From Oscillospiraceae bacterium (GTDB lineage Bacteria > Bacillota > Clostridia > UBA1212 > UBA1255): a stretch of DNA of 64,000 bases. Of this stretch, positions 43,117 through 55,455 are shown piece by piece; position 1 is the stretch's first letter; every line of letters begins with the position of its first letter. The position numbers were made by a program, and so were the translations under genes. The DNA lies in NCBI GenBank assembly GCA_015069165.1, contig SVJD01000004.1, forward strand, positions 4,091 to 68,090. The letters run 5' to 3'. The notes under the pieces are model-generated. The model saw only the letters and a list, made by a program, of their open reading frames with translations. It ran no database searches and was not told the DNA's origin.

Positions 43117-44106
43117 ATGAAATTAAATAAAGAGAGAACCGGTAGAGGTTTAATAGTTAAATCTCGGTATCAACCGAGTGAGTTAAAAGAAAAAATGAAT
43201 ATGGTAGCTGAAAATATAAAAGGCGTTTTTGTACCTTCTGATGTGAGTTGGGAGGGTATGAACTATTCTTTTTATATCAGTCACAGGCAATCTTTAAAAG
43301 ATTTTATAAGTGAAAACAGTATATCAAAAGATGATTTTTTGCTCTTTGTAAAGAGTGTTTCGGAGTTATTTGATAAAGCAGAACAATGCGGTATTGATGC
43401 ACATGAATTTGTCTTTGATTACGAATGTGTTTTTGTCGGAGAATCATTGGCATCTTTAGAGTTTATTTATGCGCCGGATGCCGAAACGTATAAGGATGGG
43501 TTTGTTGCATATAATAGATACAGCGATATGGCATCTCTTGTTTCTTTGTATATTGAATATAACTCTTTGGAAAAAAGAGGCAATCACGAAAACGAAGTTG
43601 CCGAGATATTGAGAATTCTTTCAGAAAGAGAGAAACTTCCTGTTTCTGCCGGTGTTTCTTTTCCGAAAGAGGAAATATTACCTTTTGTTGTAAAAGATAG
43701 TATGCAACTCCGTATAAGCAATTACTTAAAAAATAAACTTCATGAGGCTATGGATTATTTCGTCGTAAAAGGCAATACCATAAAAGGAGCAGCAAAAATG
43801 AAATTAAATGGAGAAATGCTTTTAAAAGGGGTAAAATATACGAGCAACGAGAATTCGATGCAAACAGTTAATATCGGTCGTGACTATAATTGGGCGGATA
43901 TAAAAGTTGATACTGTTTATGTCAGCAGAAAACACGCTATGATATATAAAGATAACGAAAAGTGGTATATAAGAGATTTAAATTCTAAAAACGGTACTTT
44001 TGTAAACGGCACAAGAATTGCATCAGAAAGACCGTTTTCTCTAAACGACGGATATGAAATAAGCTTTGGTTTGCCGGAATCAAAACTCATTTTCTGCTTG
44101 CCCTAA
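43117..44106 (+). CDS. FHA domain-containing protein (Tad locus-associated)
   Basis: C-terminal FHA motifs 'VNIGRDYNWADIKVDTVYVSRKHAMIYKDNEKWYIRDLNSKNGTFVNG'. I do not recognise the N-terminal ~230 aa. ATG 43117 lies 5 nt after AGGAGG. Confidence 0.75.
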   Translation: MKLNKERTGRGLIVKSRYQPSELKEKMNMVAENIKGVFVPSDVSWEGMNYSFYISHRQSLKDFISENSISKDDFLLFVKSVSELFDKAEQCGIDAHEFVFDYECVFVGESLASLEFIYAPDAETYKDGFVAYNRYSDMASLVSLYIEYNSLEKRGNHENEVAEILRILSEREKLPVSAGVSFPKEEILPFVVKDSMQLRISNYLKNKLHEAMDYFVVKGNTIKGAAKMKLNGEMLLKGVKYTSNENSMQTVNIGRDYNWADIKVDTVYVSRKHAMIYKDNEKWYIRDLNSKNGTFVNGTRIASERPFSLNDGYEISFGLPESKLIFCLP

Positions 44107-44166
44107 AAAACAGCTTATGGTAATATTTAACGCAGAAAAATCAAAAGAAATTCGGGGGGCTTTGAG

Positions 44167-45189
44167 ATGGGCTTTTTTAAACAAAATATAGCTATAGATT
44201 TGGGCACGGCAACCGTACTTGTCAGCGTGGGCGGTAAAGGAGTTGTCATAAAAGAACCATCGATTGTGGCAGTTAAAGACGGAACTAACGAAGTTATTGC
44301 CATAGGAGAAGAAGCTCGTCTTATGATGGGAAGAACACCTTTTGACATAAAAACTGTCAGACCTGTGCAAAACGGTGTTATATCAAGCTATACAATAACA
44401 AGAAAAATGATTGCTTATTACTTAAGTAAAGCAATTACAAATCCCATTGCAAGAAAATTTAAACCCGATGTTCTTGTCTGCATACCGAGTAATACCACAA
44501 ATGTTGAAAAAAGAGCTGTTTATCAAGCTGCAATGAGTGCCGGTGCAGGAAGAGTTTTCCTTGTAGAAGAGCCTTTGGCTGCTGCCGTTGGAGCAGGTCT
44601 TGATATATCGCGTCCTACGGGAAATATGATTATTGATATTGGCGGCGGAACGACAGATATAGCTGTTATTTCGTACGAAGGTATTGTAAACAGTAAAAGT
44701 GTACGTGTTGCAGGCGATGCCTTCGATGATACGATAAAAAGTTATTTAAAAAAGAAACATAATCTTATGATAGGAGACAGCACCGCAGAAGAAATAAAAA
44801 TTGAGGTAGGTTGTCTTTATCACGGAGCAAAAAAGAGTTCTATTGAAATCAGAGGAAGCGACCTTATAACCGGACTTCCCAGTGAAAGAGTTATTACATC
44901 AGAAGAAATTCTTGAACCTCTTATTGATACAGCAGTTCCGATTTTAGACGGAATTCATGCTGTTTTGGAAGAAACACCGCCGGAGCTTGCTGCAGATATA
45001 TTCTGTAAAGGCATTGTTATGACAGGCGGCGGAGCACAAATTGCCGGATTTGATGAACTTATAAGAAAAAGCACAGGTGTGGATGTTATGCTTGCTGAGA
45101 ATCCGCAATATTGCGTAGTTCAAGGATGTATCAATATATTAAACGATATGGATAATGACAAAAAACGTCATTATGCTATTACAAGATAA
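44167..45189 (+). CDS. mreB: rod shape-determining protein MreB/Mbl
   Basis: 'IAIDLGTATVLV', 'EPLAAAVGAG', 'IDIGGGTTDIAV', 'GIVMTGGGA'. Confidence 0.93.
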   Translation: MGFFKQNIAIDLGTATVLVSVGGKGVVIKEPSIVAVKDGTNEVIAIGEEARLMMGRTPFDIKTVRPVQNGVISSYTITRKMIAYYLSKAITNPIARKFKPDVLVCIPSNTTNVEKRAVYQAAMSAGAGRVFLVEEPLAAAVGAGLDISRPTGNMIIDIGGGTTDIAVISYEGIVNSKSVRVAGDAFDDTIKSYLKKKHNLMIGDSTAEEIKIEVGCLYHGAKKSSIEIRGSDLITGLPSERVITSEEILEPLIDTAVPILDGIHAVLEETPPELAADIFCKGIVMTGGGAQIAGFDELIRKSTGVDVMLAENPQYCVVQGCINILNDMDNDKKRHYAITR

Positions 45190-46549
45190 TTTCGGGGATA
45201 ACTTTATTTATATCTCCTGCACCCAAAGTTATTACTATATCGCCCTCTTTTACTTCGGAACGTATTGTTTTGGCTATTTCGCTGAAATTTGATATATACG
45301 TTGCGTTTAAACCCTTGTTGGCGAAATCTTTTGCCATTGATAATCCTGAAACAGTTCCCGGGTCTTTTTCTCTTGCAGCGAAAATATCGGAAACTATTAC
45401 AGTATCGGCAAGTTTTAAGGCATCGGCAAAATCATCTGCAAAAGCGAGTGCACGCGAATATGTGTGTGCTTGGAATATCGCATATATTTTGTTGTTCCCT
45501 GCTACTTCTTTGGCAGCAGAAAGTGTTGCATGTATTTCTGTGGGATGGTGAGCATAGTCATCTATAACCAAAGCTCCGTTATAATGACCTTTTTTTTCGA
45601 AACGTCTGCCGGTGCCGCCAAACGCCTCAAGGCCCGCTTTTATACTTTCCGGAGAGCAACCGAGCTGTATTGCAGCTGCAGCCGCAGCGACGGAGTTCGA
45701 AATGTTGTGCATTCCCGGAACATTTAGTGTTATATCCGTTACGGGATTGTTTTTATGATAAAGAGTATATGTACAACAAGCATTGTTGTGTGAAATGTTT
45801 TTTGCAACAAAGTCAGCGTTATCGCTTTTTGTACTGTATGTTATGATATTTGTTTTTGCTTTTTCACAAACAGCTAAAGCATTTTTGTCATCTGCACATA
45901 CTACAATAAACCCTTCGGGAGGACAGTATGTTGTAAATTCGGAGAAACACTCCATTATGTGCTCGAGATCTCTGTAAAAATCAAGATGCTCGGCTTCAAT
46001 ATTTAATATTATTTCGCCAAAGGGACGAAGATTAAGAAAATTGGCATGATATTCACAAGCTTCTGTTACAAAGTAATCGCTGTTTGTTGCCAATACATTA
46101 CTATTGATACGCGGGAAAAAACCGCCTATGTGTATACTGGGATTAACATCTGCAGAAAGCAGAATGGAACTTAGCATAGAAGTTGTTGAAGTTTTGCCGT
46201 GAGTGCCTGCAACTGCTATGGGATATTTATAATGAGAACAAATCTTACCTAAATAAACGCCGCGTTCCATTATGGGAATGTTTCTCTTTGCTGCCTCTGC
46301 AAGCTCCGGATTATCGGAAGGAACTGCAATCGTATATATGACGAGATCGACATCGTTCGCAATGTTTTGGGCTGAATGAAAAGGATAAACAGTTATTCCT
46401 TTCTCTTGAAGATTTTTTAGTTTGTCGGTGGATGTTTGGTCGGAGCCGCTTACTTTATAGCCTTGCTTTAAAGCAAGCTCTGCAATGCCGCTCATACTTG
46501 AGCCGCCGATTCCTACAAAATGTATATGTCCTTTATGCGAATTGTTCAT
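45179..46549 (-). CDS. murC: UDP-N-acetylmuramate--L-alanine ligase
   Basis: 'HFVGIGGSSMSGIA', 'AVAGTHGKTSTTSM', 'DDYAHHPTEI'. ATG 46549 follows AGGAG. The 3' end overlaps mreB by 11 nt (convergent). Confidence 0.93.
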   Translation of the reverse strand: MNNSHKGHIHFVGIGGSSMSGIAELALKQGYKVSGSDQTSTDKLKNLQEKGITVYPFHSAQNIANDVDLVIYTIAVPSDNPELAEAAKRNIPIMERGVYLGKICSHYKYPIAVAGTHGKTSTTSMLSSILLSADVNPSIHIGGFFPRINSNVLATNSDYFVTEACEYHANFLNLRPFGEIILNIEAEHLDFYRDLEHIMECFSEFTTYCPPEGFIVVCADDKNALAVCEKAKTNIITYSTKSDNADFVAKNISHNNACCTYTLYHKNNPVTDITLNVPGMHNISNSVAAAAAAIQLGCSPESIKAGLEAFGGTGRRFEKKGHYNGALVIDDYAHHPTEIHATLSAAKEVAGNNKIYAIFQAHTYSRALAFADDFADALKLADTVIVSDIFAAREKDPGTVSGLSMAKDFANKGLNATYISNFSEIAKTIRSEVKEGDIVITLGAGDINKVIPEIIL

Positions 46550-46795
46550 GTCAAAATCTCCTATCAAAAAGAATATGCTGTGACGATAATAGAGTATAAC
46601 ATACGGCAGATGTAATTTCTATACATCTGCACAAAAACATTATATAGAATGAGATTGTATTTTATGATATAATCAAAAAGTATGCTGAAAAAGCAAACGG
46701 CGAGATTTGAAGCTTTAATTTACAGAGTAATTGCGTGATTTAATTTACAATGGTATAATCTATCACGAAATAAATTCGTATTGGGAGAAATTAAC

Positions 46796-47809
46796 ATGAG
46801 TTCAATGCATGAATTTTTCAAAAGAATAAAAACAAGACCTTTTGTATACCTCGGAATGTTATTGATTTCCGTTGTATTCAGTGCTTTGGAAGCATATAAT
46901 CCGATAATAAAAAATTATGGTTCGCTCAGCTATATATTGAAACATAATTATATAAAAACACTTTCTGGTTGGACTGCAAAGGTCGGAGAATTTTTTTCGC
47001 AAGGTAATTCGTTGACGGTAAGTTTATTGACTGTTCTTGCGGTGTTAGCTTTAGCGGCAATTATTTCCGTGTTCCTGTCGGGATACATGAATGTATTGAT
47101 TTCCTCCGTCGAAGATAAACCAAAAGTAAAAGGTGAGTTTGTATCGGGAATAAAAAGAAATTATTTAAAAACATTTATATGTTTGTTCTTGACAATAGTT
47201 TTGTCTGCAGCGTTGTTTTTCTTCGTTTTATATTCGGCAATTCCTACAGTGTTCTTGCTTAAATTGTTTTTAGACGGAGATACCGGAGTAATATTCACGA
47301 TGCTTATAGTGGCACTCCTTACAATAATAGTAATGCTGTTTTGTGTGCTTTTCTATGGAATGTATATTTCATACATATTGCCGTCGATTGCGGGACTTAG
47401 AAAGAAAAGTATTCGTTCGGGTATAAAAATGACAAATATGTATGCTTGGTATTTACTTCCTAAAACAACATTATTTTTACTTATAGCAGCAATATTGAGA
47501 TTTTTGTTGTTTGTTATTGATTACGGTTCTCGCACAATAGTTTTCAGTGTGGTTGTTTTGCTGATTACGGCAGTGTTACGTTCTGTATTGTATTATATAT
47601 ATTTTTATTTCGTATTTAACACTTTTGTTGCCATGAGAGAAGATCTCTTCCCTAATTATCAAGAAGAAGTTCCCGCACCGACAAAGCATATGGCACGTGT
47701 TCCGCAACAGAGAAAAGTACAGGAACAGGAACAAGCACAAGAAAAAGTACAAGAAACAGAGAGCAAAGAAACAATCGAAGATGAGTATGATGACTCTTTC
47801 GATATGTAA
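46796..47809 (+). CDS. hypothetical polytopic membrane protein with an acidic/Gln-rich C-terminal tail
   Basis: About 6 TM segments with the tail 'QQRKVQEQEQAQEKVQETESKETIEDEYDDSFDM'. No family recognised. Extended -10 TGgTATAAT at 46751-46759. Confidence 0.55.
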   Translation: MSSMHEFFKRIKTRPFVYLGMLLISVVFSALEAYNPIIKNYGSLSYILKHNYIKTLSGWTAKVGEFFSQGNSLTVSLLTVLAVLALAAIISVFLSGYMNVLISSVEDKPKVKGEFVSGIKRNYLKTFICLFLTIVLSAALFFFVLYSAIPTVFLLKLFLDGDTGVIFTMLIVALLTIIVMLFCVLFYGMYISYILPSIAGLRKKSIRSGIKMTNMYAWYLLPKTTLFLLIAAILRFLLFVIDYGSRTIVFSVVVLLITAVLRSVLYYIYFYFVFNTFVAMREDLFPNYQEEVPAPTKHMARVPQQRKVQEQEQAQEKVQETESKETIEDEYDDSFDM

Positions 47810-47844
47810 GTGATCGTATACAAAAGAAAAGGAATGGTGTTTTT

Positions 47845-48945
47845 ATGAATGCTGAAAACAAAGTACGCCATAATATAATAGTTTTGTGTTGTTGTATTGT
47901 TTGCGTTATTGCGGCTGCTGTATGTTTGGCAGTTTCTTTCTCAGCGAATAAGAAAAAAACGCAAGAAGCTGTAGGCAACAAGGTTGTTGCACAAGTAGGA
48001 GATTTAAAAGTAACAGAAAATCAATTTAAATTTTTTGCAGGATTGATTTTGAATCAGGAAGAAGAAACGGTGCGAACATTGTATACTTCTTCTAATCTTT
48101 CGGACAAAGACGAAATTAAACAATATACTTCTAATTTTGCACATGAATACCTTGTCAGAGTAGCAGAAGCCAAAGAACAAGGCGTTACTTTGACAGAAGA
48201 TGAATTGTCTGACTTGGAAAAACAATTTAAAACAGATTATGAAAACAACAAAAATGTTGATGGAGAAGTTCTTGATGAAGAGGATTTTTATTTATACTAC
48301 TACGGAATAACAAGCAGTGAGTATAAAGAATTCTGGAAGAATTGGTATATTATAGACAAACATACAAACATATTGGAAAATTCTGCTGATGTAAGTGAAA
48401 ATGCACAACAACTTGCATTTGAAGAGTATTATGACTATCTTTATTCATATACAATTTCTGTAATTGAGCTTAAAGTAAATACCGAGAATACAAAGGCGGA
48501 TTTGCTTACGAAAGCAGAGGCAATAAAGACTCAGTTGGAATCCGGTGCGGATTTCGTTTCTCTTTTAAAAGAAAACTGTACAGATGAAACTTTGTTGAAA
48601 AACAACGGAGTTAAAGAGTTTTATCCTATTCATAAAACAGAAGCAAGTGAAATATATGATTTTGTAAGAACAAGCGCAATCGGGGAGATAGGGATTGTAT
48701 CTACGGAATATGAAGTTTATATTTTAAGACTTGACGCAATAAAAGATTTTGAAAAGTTGAAGAATACCGAAACCCTCTTGAAATGGACAAGAACTTTTCA
48801 TGTTAACAAGACTGTTGCTGATTTGGTTTCTTCTGATAAATATGACTATGAATTACAAAAAGATGTTTATGATTCAATAGATTTAAGCGGTGTGCTTCAA
48901 GAAGCTTATACTTATTGGGAATCTGTATGGGAGGAAAACAAGTGA
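47845..48945 (+). CDS. membrane-anchored SurA-N/PrsA-like foldase (parvulin-like domain appears degenerate)
   Basis: N-terminal TM, then '[18 protein letters not shown]' (SurA_N-like) and '[18 protein letters not shown]' (start of a parvulin-like segment). The assignment is weak. Confidence 0.45.
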   Translation: MNAENKVRHNIIVLCCCIVCVIAAAVCLAVSFSANKKKTQEAVGNKVVAQVGDLKVTENQFKFFAGLILNQEEETVRTLYTSSNLSDKDEIKQYTSNFAHEYLVRVAEAKEQGVTLTEDELSDLEKQFKTDYENNKNVDGEVLDEEDFYLYYYGITSSEYKEFWKNWYIIDKHTNILENSADVSENAQQLAFEEYYDYLYSYTISVIELKVNTENTKADLLTKAEAIKTQLESGADFVSLLKENCTDETLLKNNGVKEFYPIHKTEASEIYDFVRTSAIGEIGIVSTEYEVYILRLDAIKDFEKLKNTETLLKWTRTFHVNKTVADLVSSDKYDYELQKDVYDSIDLSGVLQEAYTYWESVWEENK

Positions 48946-50039
48946 ACGTAAAAGATTTTTATTATGATTTGCCTGAAGAATTAATAGCGCAAACTCCCCT
49001 TGCAGACAGAGCTTCTTCTCGTCTTTTGGTATTAGACAAAGAAACGGGAGATATAGAACACGGAAGCTTCAGAGATATTAAAAAGTATTTAAAACCGGGC
49101 GACTGCCTTATTTTAAACGATACGAGAGTAATTCCTGCCAGACTTTTCGGAGTAAAAGAAGAAACGGGAGGTCCTATTGAATTTGTTCTTTTAAAAAACA
49201 AAACCGAAGAAGAAGTAAAAAAAGAAATACAGGAAATTCCGGAAAAAAGTGAAAAATGCCCGGGAAAAGCGTGCTCATATTGGGAAGTTTTGGTGCGGCC
49301 CGGAAAAAGAGCTAAACCCGGAGCAGTTTTTTCATTTGGAGAAGGAATTTTAAAAGCCGAAGTGCTTTGTGTGGTTGAAGGCGGAAACCGTTATGTGCGT
49401 TTCACTTTTGACGGAGTTTTTGAAGAAATTCTCGACAAAATAGGTATAATGCCGTTGCCTCCGTATATTAAGGAAAAATTGGAAGATCCCGAAAGATATC
49501 AAACGGTATATTCAAGAGAAAAAGGCTCTGCGGCAGCGCCTACGGCAGGACTTCATTTTACAAAAGAACTTCTTGAAGAAATAAAATCAATGGGTGTAAA
49601 AGTGGCTTTTGTTACACTTCACGTAGGTCTGGGAACATTCAGACCGGTAAAAGAAGAAAAAGTCGAAGATCACATTATGCATCAAGAGTATTACACCATA
49701 ACAAAAGAAACTTGTGATGTTATAAACAGCACAAAGCAAAGCGGAGGCCGAGTTTTTGCAGTAGGCACAACATCTTGCAGAGTGCTCGAATCTGTGGGAA
49801 ACGAAGATGGTACCATTAGTGAAAAATCAGGATGGACTGGCATTTTTATATATCCCGGATACAAATTTAAAATTGTTGATTCGTTGATAACAAATTTCCA
49901 TTTGCCTGAATCCACTTTGCTTATGCTTGTAAGCAGTTTGGCCGGCAGAGAGAATATTTTAAAAGCATACGAAGAAGCTGTAAAAGAAAAATACAGATTT
50001 TTCTCCTTCGGAGATGCTATGCTTATAAAACAACCGTAA
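48942..50039 (+). CDS. queA: tRNA preQ1(34) S-adenosylmethionine ribosyltransferase-isomerase
   Basis: '[16 protein letters not shown]', '[13 protein letters not shown]', 'MPLPPYI', 'ERYQTVY', '[10 protein letters not shown]', '[16 protein letters not shown]', '[12 protein letters not shown]'. GTG 48942 lies 7 nt after GGGAGG. Confidence 0.95.
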   Translation: MNVKDFYYDLPEELIAQTPLADRASSRLLVLDKETGDIEHGSFRDIKKYLKPGDCLILNDTRVIPARLFGVKEETGGPIEFVLLKNKTEEEVKKEIQEIPEKSEKCPGKACSYWEVLVRPGKRAKPGAVFSFGEGILKAEVLCVVEGGNRYVRFTFDGVFEEILDKIGIMPLPPYIKEKLEDPERYQTVYSREKGSAAAPTAGLHFTKELLEEIKSMGVKVAFVTLHVGLGTFRPVKEEKVEDHIMHQEYYTITKETCDVINSTKQSGGRVFAVGTTSCRVLESVGNEDGTISEKSGWTGIFIYPGYKFKIVDSLITNFHLPESTLLMLVSSLAGRENILKAYEEAVKEKYRFFSFGDAMLIKQP

Positions 50040-51637
<1,598 letters not shown>

Positions 51638-51660
51638 TATCAAAAAAGATACATTATGCC

Positions 51661-51710
51661 GTCCGCCGTACCCGAAGCAATATCGGGTATTGGCGGACTG
51701 TTTGGGTTTT
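51661..51710 (+). terminator. probable intrinsic terminator after yajC
   Basis: GUCCGCC...GGCGGAC outer stem with inner ACCCGA/UCGGGU, followed by the interrupted U-tract UGUUUGGGUUUU. Confidence 0.5.
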
Positions 51711-51726
51711 AGAGAGAAGGAAAAAT

Positions 51727-53556
51727 ATGGCAGAGAATTTCAGAGAAAACATCAGAAATATAGCAATTATAGCTCACGTTGACCACGGTAAAACAACTCT
51801 TGTAGACGGGCTTTTAAGACAGAGCGGTACTTTCAGAGATAATGAAGCGGTGCAAGAACGAGTTATGGACTCCAATGACTTGGAAAGAGAACGCGGAATT
51901 ACCATTTTGTCAAAAAACACGGCACTTAATTACAACGGGTATACAATTAACGTCGTAGATACACCCGGACACGCAGATTTCGGCGGAGAAGTAGAAAGAG
52001 TTCTGGGAATGGTTGATGGCGTGCTTTTGCTTGTAGATGCTTTTGAAGGAGCAATGCCGCAAACACGTTTTGTGCTTTCAAAGGCACTTTCTATGAATTT
52101 AAAACCGGTTGTTGTAATAAATAAAATAGACCGTGACGGAGCGCGTCCCATGGAAGTGCTTGATGAGGTTTTGGAACTTTTCATGGATTTGGGAGCAGAT
52201 GATAATCAGCTCAATTTTCCTGTGGTTTACGCATCTTCTCGTGATGGCTACGCATCTTTGGAGCCTGACGGAGGCGACAGAAAAAACTTACAACCTCTTT
52301 TTGAAACAATTATAAAAGAAATTCCCGCGCCTAAAGCTGACATAGAAGCCCCGTTCCGTACATTGGTTTCAAATGTAACAACTGACGAATATGTAGGACG
52401 TATTGCGGTGGCGCGTGTAGACAGAGGACGTGTTACAATAGGTCAACCGGTGGTGGTTTGTAACAGCAAAGACGGCAGTAAAAAAAGTGCAAGAGTAACA
52501 TATCTTTATAAATTCCAAGGTTTAAAAAGAGTAGAAACACAAGAAGCATTGGGCGGAGATATTATAGTACTTGCAGGAATTCCGGAGATAAATATCGGAG
52601 ATACCATATGCAGCCATGATGCAATAGAGCCCATTGAGTTTGTAAATATTGATGAACCGACAATTTCTATGAATTTCTCTGTAAACAACAGTCCGTTTGC
52701 AGGTCAAGAGGGTACTTTTGTTACATCAAGACATATCAGAGAAAGATTGATGAAAGAGCTTGAAACGAATGTAAGTATGAGAGTAGAGGAAACAGATGCT
52801 CCCGATACATTAAAAGTTTCGGGAAGAGGAGAGCTTCACCTTTCGATTCTTATTGAAACAATGAGAAGGCAAGGTTATGAGTTCCAAGTTTCCAGACCGA
52901 GAGTAATTTACAAAGAGGTTGACGGTGTTCTTCACGAGCCTATGGAAAGACTCACAATTGATACTCCGGAAGAAACAGTCGGCGTTGTAATCGAAAAAAT
53001 AGGCAGAAGAAAAGGCGAAATGATAAATATGCAGCCTACTTTGGAAAATTATGTAAGGCTTGACTTTAGAATTCCGTCAAGAGGACTTATCGGTTATAGG
53101 TCGGAATTTTTGACGGATACAAGAGGAAATGGTATAATGAACCATATATTTGACGGGTTTGAGCCTTATAAAGGTGACATAGATGCAAGACAGCATGGCT
53201 CTTTGGTAGCTTGGGAGCAGGGAGAAACAGTAACATACGGTTTGTTCAATGCACAAGAAAGAGGAAAGCTCTTTATAGGCCCCGGAGAAAAAGTTTATGA
53301 GGGAATGATTGTCGGCGAATGTGCACGAAACGAAGATCTTGTAATAAATGTTTGCAAGAGAAAGCATATTACTAATATACGTGCATCGGGTTCGGATGAA
53401 GCTTTGAAATTGACACCGCCCGTTTTGTTGAGTCTTGAACAAGCTTTAGAATTTATTTCCGATGACGAGCTCGTTGAAATTACGCCAAAGACAATAAGAT
53501 TGAGAAAAAAGATTCTCAACACAGAGCAAAGAGCGAAGGTAAGAGCAAAGGGGTGA
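51727..53556 (+). CDS. typA: translational GTPase TypA/BipA
   Basis: '[16 protein letters not shown]', '[12 protein letters not shown]', 'NKIDR'. 609 aa. Confidence 0.95.
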   Translation: MAENFRENIRNIAIIAHVDHGKTTLVDGLLRQSGTFRDNEAVQERVMDSNDLERERGITILSKNTALNYNGYTINVVDTPGHADFGGEVERVLGMVDGVLLLVDAFEGAMPQTRFVLSKALSMNLKPVVVINKIDRDGARPMEVLDEVLELFMDLGADDNQLNFPVVYASSRDGYASLEPDGGDRKNLQPLFETIIKEIPAPKADIEAPFRTLVSNVTTDEYVGRIAVARVDRGRVTIGQPVVVCNSKDGSKKSARVTYLYKFQGLKRVETQEALGGDIIVLAGIPEINIGDTICSHDAIEPIEFVNIDEPTISMNFSVNNSPFAGQEGTFVTSRHIRERLMKELETNVSMRVEETDAPDTLKVSGRGELHLSILIETMRRQGYEFQVSRPRVIYKEVDGVLHEPMERLTIDTPEETVGVVIEKIGRRKGEMINMQPTLENYVRLDFRIPSRGLIGYRSEFLTDTRGNGIMNHIFDGFEPYKGDIDARQHGSLVAWEQGETVTYGLFNAQERGKLFIGPGEKVYEGMIVGECARNEDLVINVCKRKHITNIRASGSDEALKLTPPVLLSLEQALEFISDDELVEITPKTIRLRKKILNTEQRAKVRAKG

Positions 53557-53560
53557 TTCC

Positions 53561-54805
53561 TTGGGAAGCGGCATAAGAAAGCCGGGCGAAATGCAAAGAA
53601 ACAGAAATTCTGCACCTACACCGACTCCGAGACGTGAATCTCAAATGGTGCGGAGGCCTGCTTCTGTGAAAAGCAAAGAAACGCCTGTCGAGAATAAAGC
53701 AAAAGAAAGAACAAAAAGAATGAAAAAGAAGAGGTACAAAGTACCCCTCATAATGTTCTTTGTGCTTTTTTTGATTTGCGTAGTATTTTTCAGCTCGTAT
53801 TTATCCTATACTTATCTTGTTGATAAATACGAAAATCCCGTTACCGTCGAGTCTATTTACCTTGATGAAACAACATCTGTGAAATTCAGAATCGATAAAG
53901 GAATGACCACGAAAGACATTGCGGACAATCTTTTTGACATGGGTTTGATAGAAAACAAAAATATGTACAGATTCTTGTCGAAATTTAATGGTTTTGACGG
54001 ACAGTACAAAGTTGGAACATATACACTTTGCGAAGGTCTTACCTATGATGAGGTTATGACTTTGCTCGCAGGAGAACCTGAAACAGTTAAAGTCACATTT
54101 CCCGAAGGCTTTACAACTGAGCAAATTGCAGCAAGATTGGAAGCAAATAACGTAATTACTGCAGAAGCATTTTTAAACGCATTGGAAACGATAGATATTT
54201 CGTCGTATACATTCTTGGACGGAGTATCGGTAAAGGACAGAGACCACAGGCTTGACGGATATCTTTTCCCGGATACGTACGAGTTTGATATTAAGGCAAA
54301 TGCCGAGGATGTTATTTATAAAATGCTTAACAGATTCAATGAGCTTTATCTGCCGGCTTATTATGAAATGGCAGAGGAAATGGGGCTTAGTGTTGATGAT
54401 GTTATAGTGCTTGCATCTATTGTTGAACGTGAAGCTAAGTTAAAATCAGACAGACCTAAAATTGCAGGAGTATTTATAAATCGTCTTAACAGCTCAGACA
54501 AAAATCTTAAAAAGCTTCAATCATGTGCAACGATAAGATATGTTCATAAAAAGCTGTATAACGAGGATTTAATAAACATATTGGAAGAACATGAGAAAGA
54601 GGACGATCCGTACAATACGTATATGTATGACGGATTGACTCCGGGACCTATTTGCAGCCCGGGCATTGAGTCGATAAAATCCGTGCTTAAATACGAAAAG
54701 AGCGATTATTACTTCTTTGTTCTCAATGCTAAAGACGGAGTAGGCTCGCATATTTTCTCAAGAACATATCAAGAGCATTTGCAAGCGAAGAATCAATATG
54801 GATGA
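53561..54805 (+). CDS. mltG: endolytic murein transglycosylase MltG (YceG family)
   Basis: Basic N-terminal tail, one TM, then the YceG domain with 'LASIVEREA' and 'YNTYMYDGLTPGPICSPG'. The start is uncertain (TTG 53561 or ATG 53591). Confidence 0.88.
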   Translation: MGSGIRKPGEMQRNRNSAPTPTPRRESQMVRRPASVKSKETPVENKAKERTKRMKKKRYKVPLIMFFVLFLICVVFFSSYLSYTYLVDKYENPVTVESIYLDETTSVKFRIDKGMTTKDIADNLFDMGLIENKNMYRFLSKFNGFDGQYKVGTYTLCEGLTYDEVMTLLAGEPETVKVTFPEGFTTEQIAARLEANNVITAEAFLNALETIDISSYTFLDGVSVKDRDHRLDGYLFPDTYEFDIKANAEDVIYKMLNRFNELYLPAYYEMAEEMGLSVDDVIVLASIVEREAKLKSDRPKIAGVFINRLNSSDKNLKKLQSCATIRYVHKKLYNEDLINILEEHEKEDDPYNTYMYDGLTPGPICSPGIESIKSVLKYEKSDYYFFVLNAKDGVGSHIFSRTYQEHLQAKNQYG

Positions 54806-55433
54806 TAATACTAAAATATTTATAGAAAGTCTGCTTCCGGCAGAATCTGAAATTGAACAAGAATTAAGAGAGTATGCACAAAGATACCGCGTTCCCATAT
54901 TAAGGAGCGACGCAGCTGCTTTTGTGCGTACCCTTGTAAGCATAAAAAAACCTGCACGCATACTTGAAGTAGGCACTGCAATAGGATATTCGGCAATTTT
55001 GATGAGCGAAATCGTGCCGGAGGCGCATATCGATACTATAGAGATTGATCCGGATAGTGTAATCGAAGCAAGAAAAAACATAAAAAAAGCAGGTGCGGAA
55101 GATAAAATTCGCGTTATAGCAGGTGATGGCAACGAAGTTTTACCGGCATTGAGACAAACATACGATATGATTTTTATGGATGCGGCAAAAGGACAATACA
55201 TTCATCTTTATGAAGATGCAATGAGGCTCTTGAATAAAGATGGTTTGCTGTTGTGCGATAATTGCATATTTTACGGAAAAGTGCTTTCTAAACCGGAAGA
55301 GGCACCCCACAAACATAGAACAATAGTGGCCAATTTAAGAGCTTTTTTGGAGAAAGTTATGTCAGAGGAGAGCTTGGAGGCATCTCTTCTTGATGTTGGA
55401 GACGGAATGCTTGTTGCTTGCAAGAAGTTTTAA
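54798..55433 (+). CDS. trmR: SAM-dependent O-methyltransferase, YrrM/TrmR-like (tRNA 5-hydroxyuridine methyltransferase)
   Basis: 'ILEVGTAIGYSAI', 'IFMDAAKGQY', 'VGDGMLVACKK'. It closely parallels B. subtilis YrrM and sits in the conserved mltG-yrrM-U32 context. Confidence 0.75.
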   Translation: MDDNTKIFIESLLPAESEIEQELREYAQRYRVPILRSDAAAFVRTLVSIKKPARILEVGTAIGYSAILMSEIVPEAHIDTIEIDPDSVIEARKNIKKAGAEDKIRVIAGDGNEVLPALRQTYDMIFMDAAKGQYIHLYEDAMRLLNKDGLLLCDNCIFYGKVLSKPEEAPHKHRTIVANLRAFLEKVMSEESLEASLLDVGDGMLVACKKF

Positions 55434-55455
55434 AGTATAAAACAGGAGAGTAGAA

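Noticed and set aside
46606-46630. A 9-bp perfect hairpin, GCAGATGTA-N7-TACATCTGC, in the murC upstream region.
   Set aside because: It has no U-tract on either strand and no gene upstream to terminate. It may be a 5'-UTR stabiliser, but there is no further evidence.
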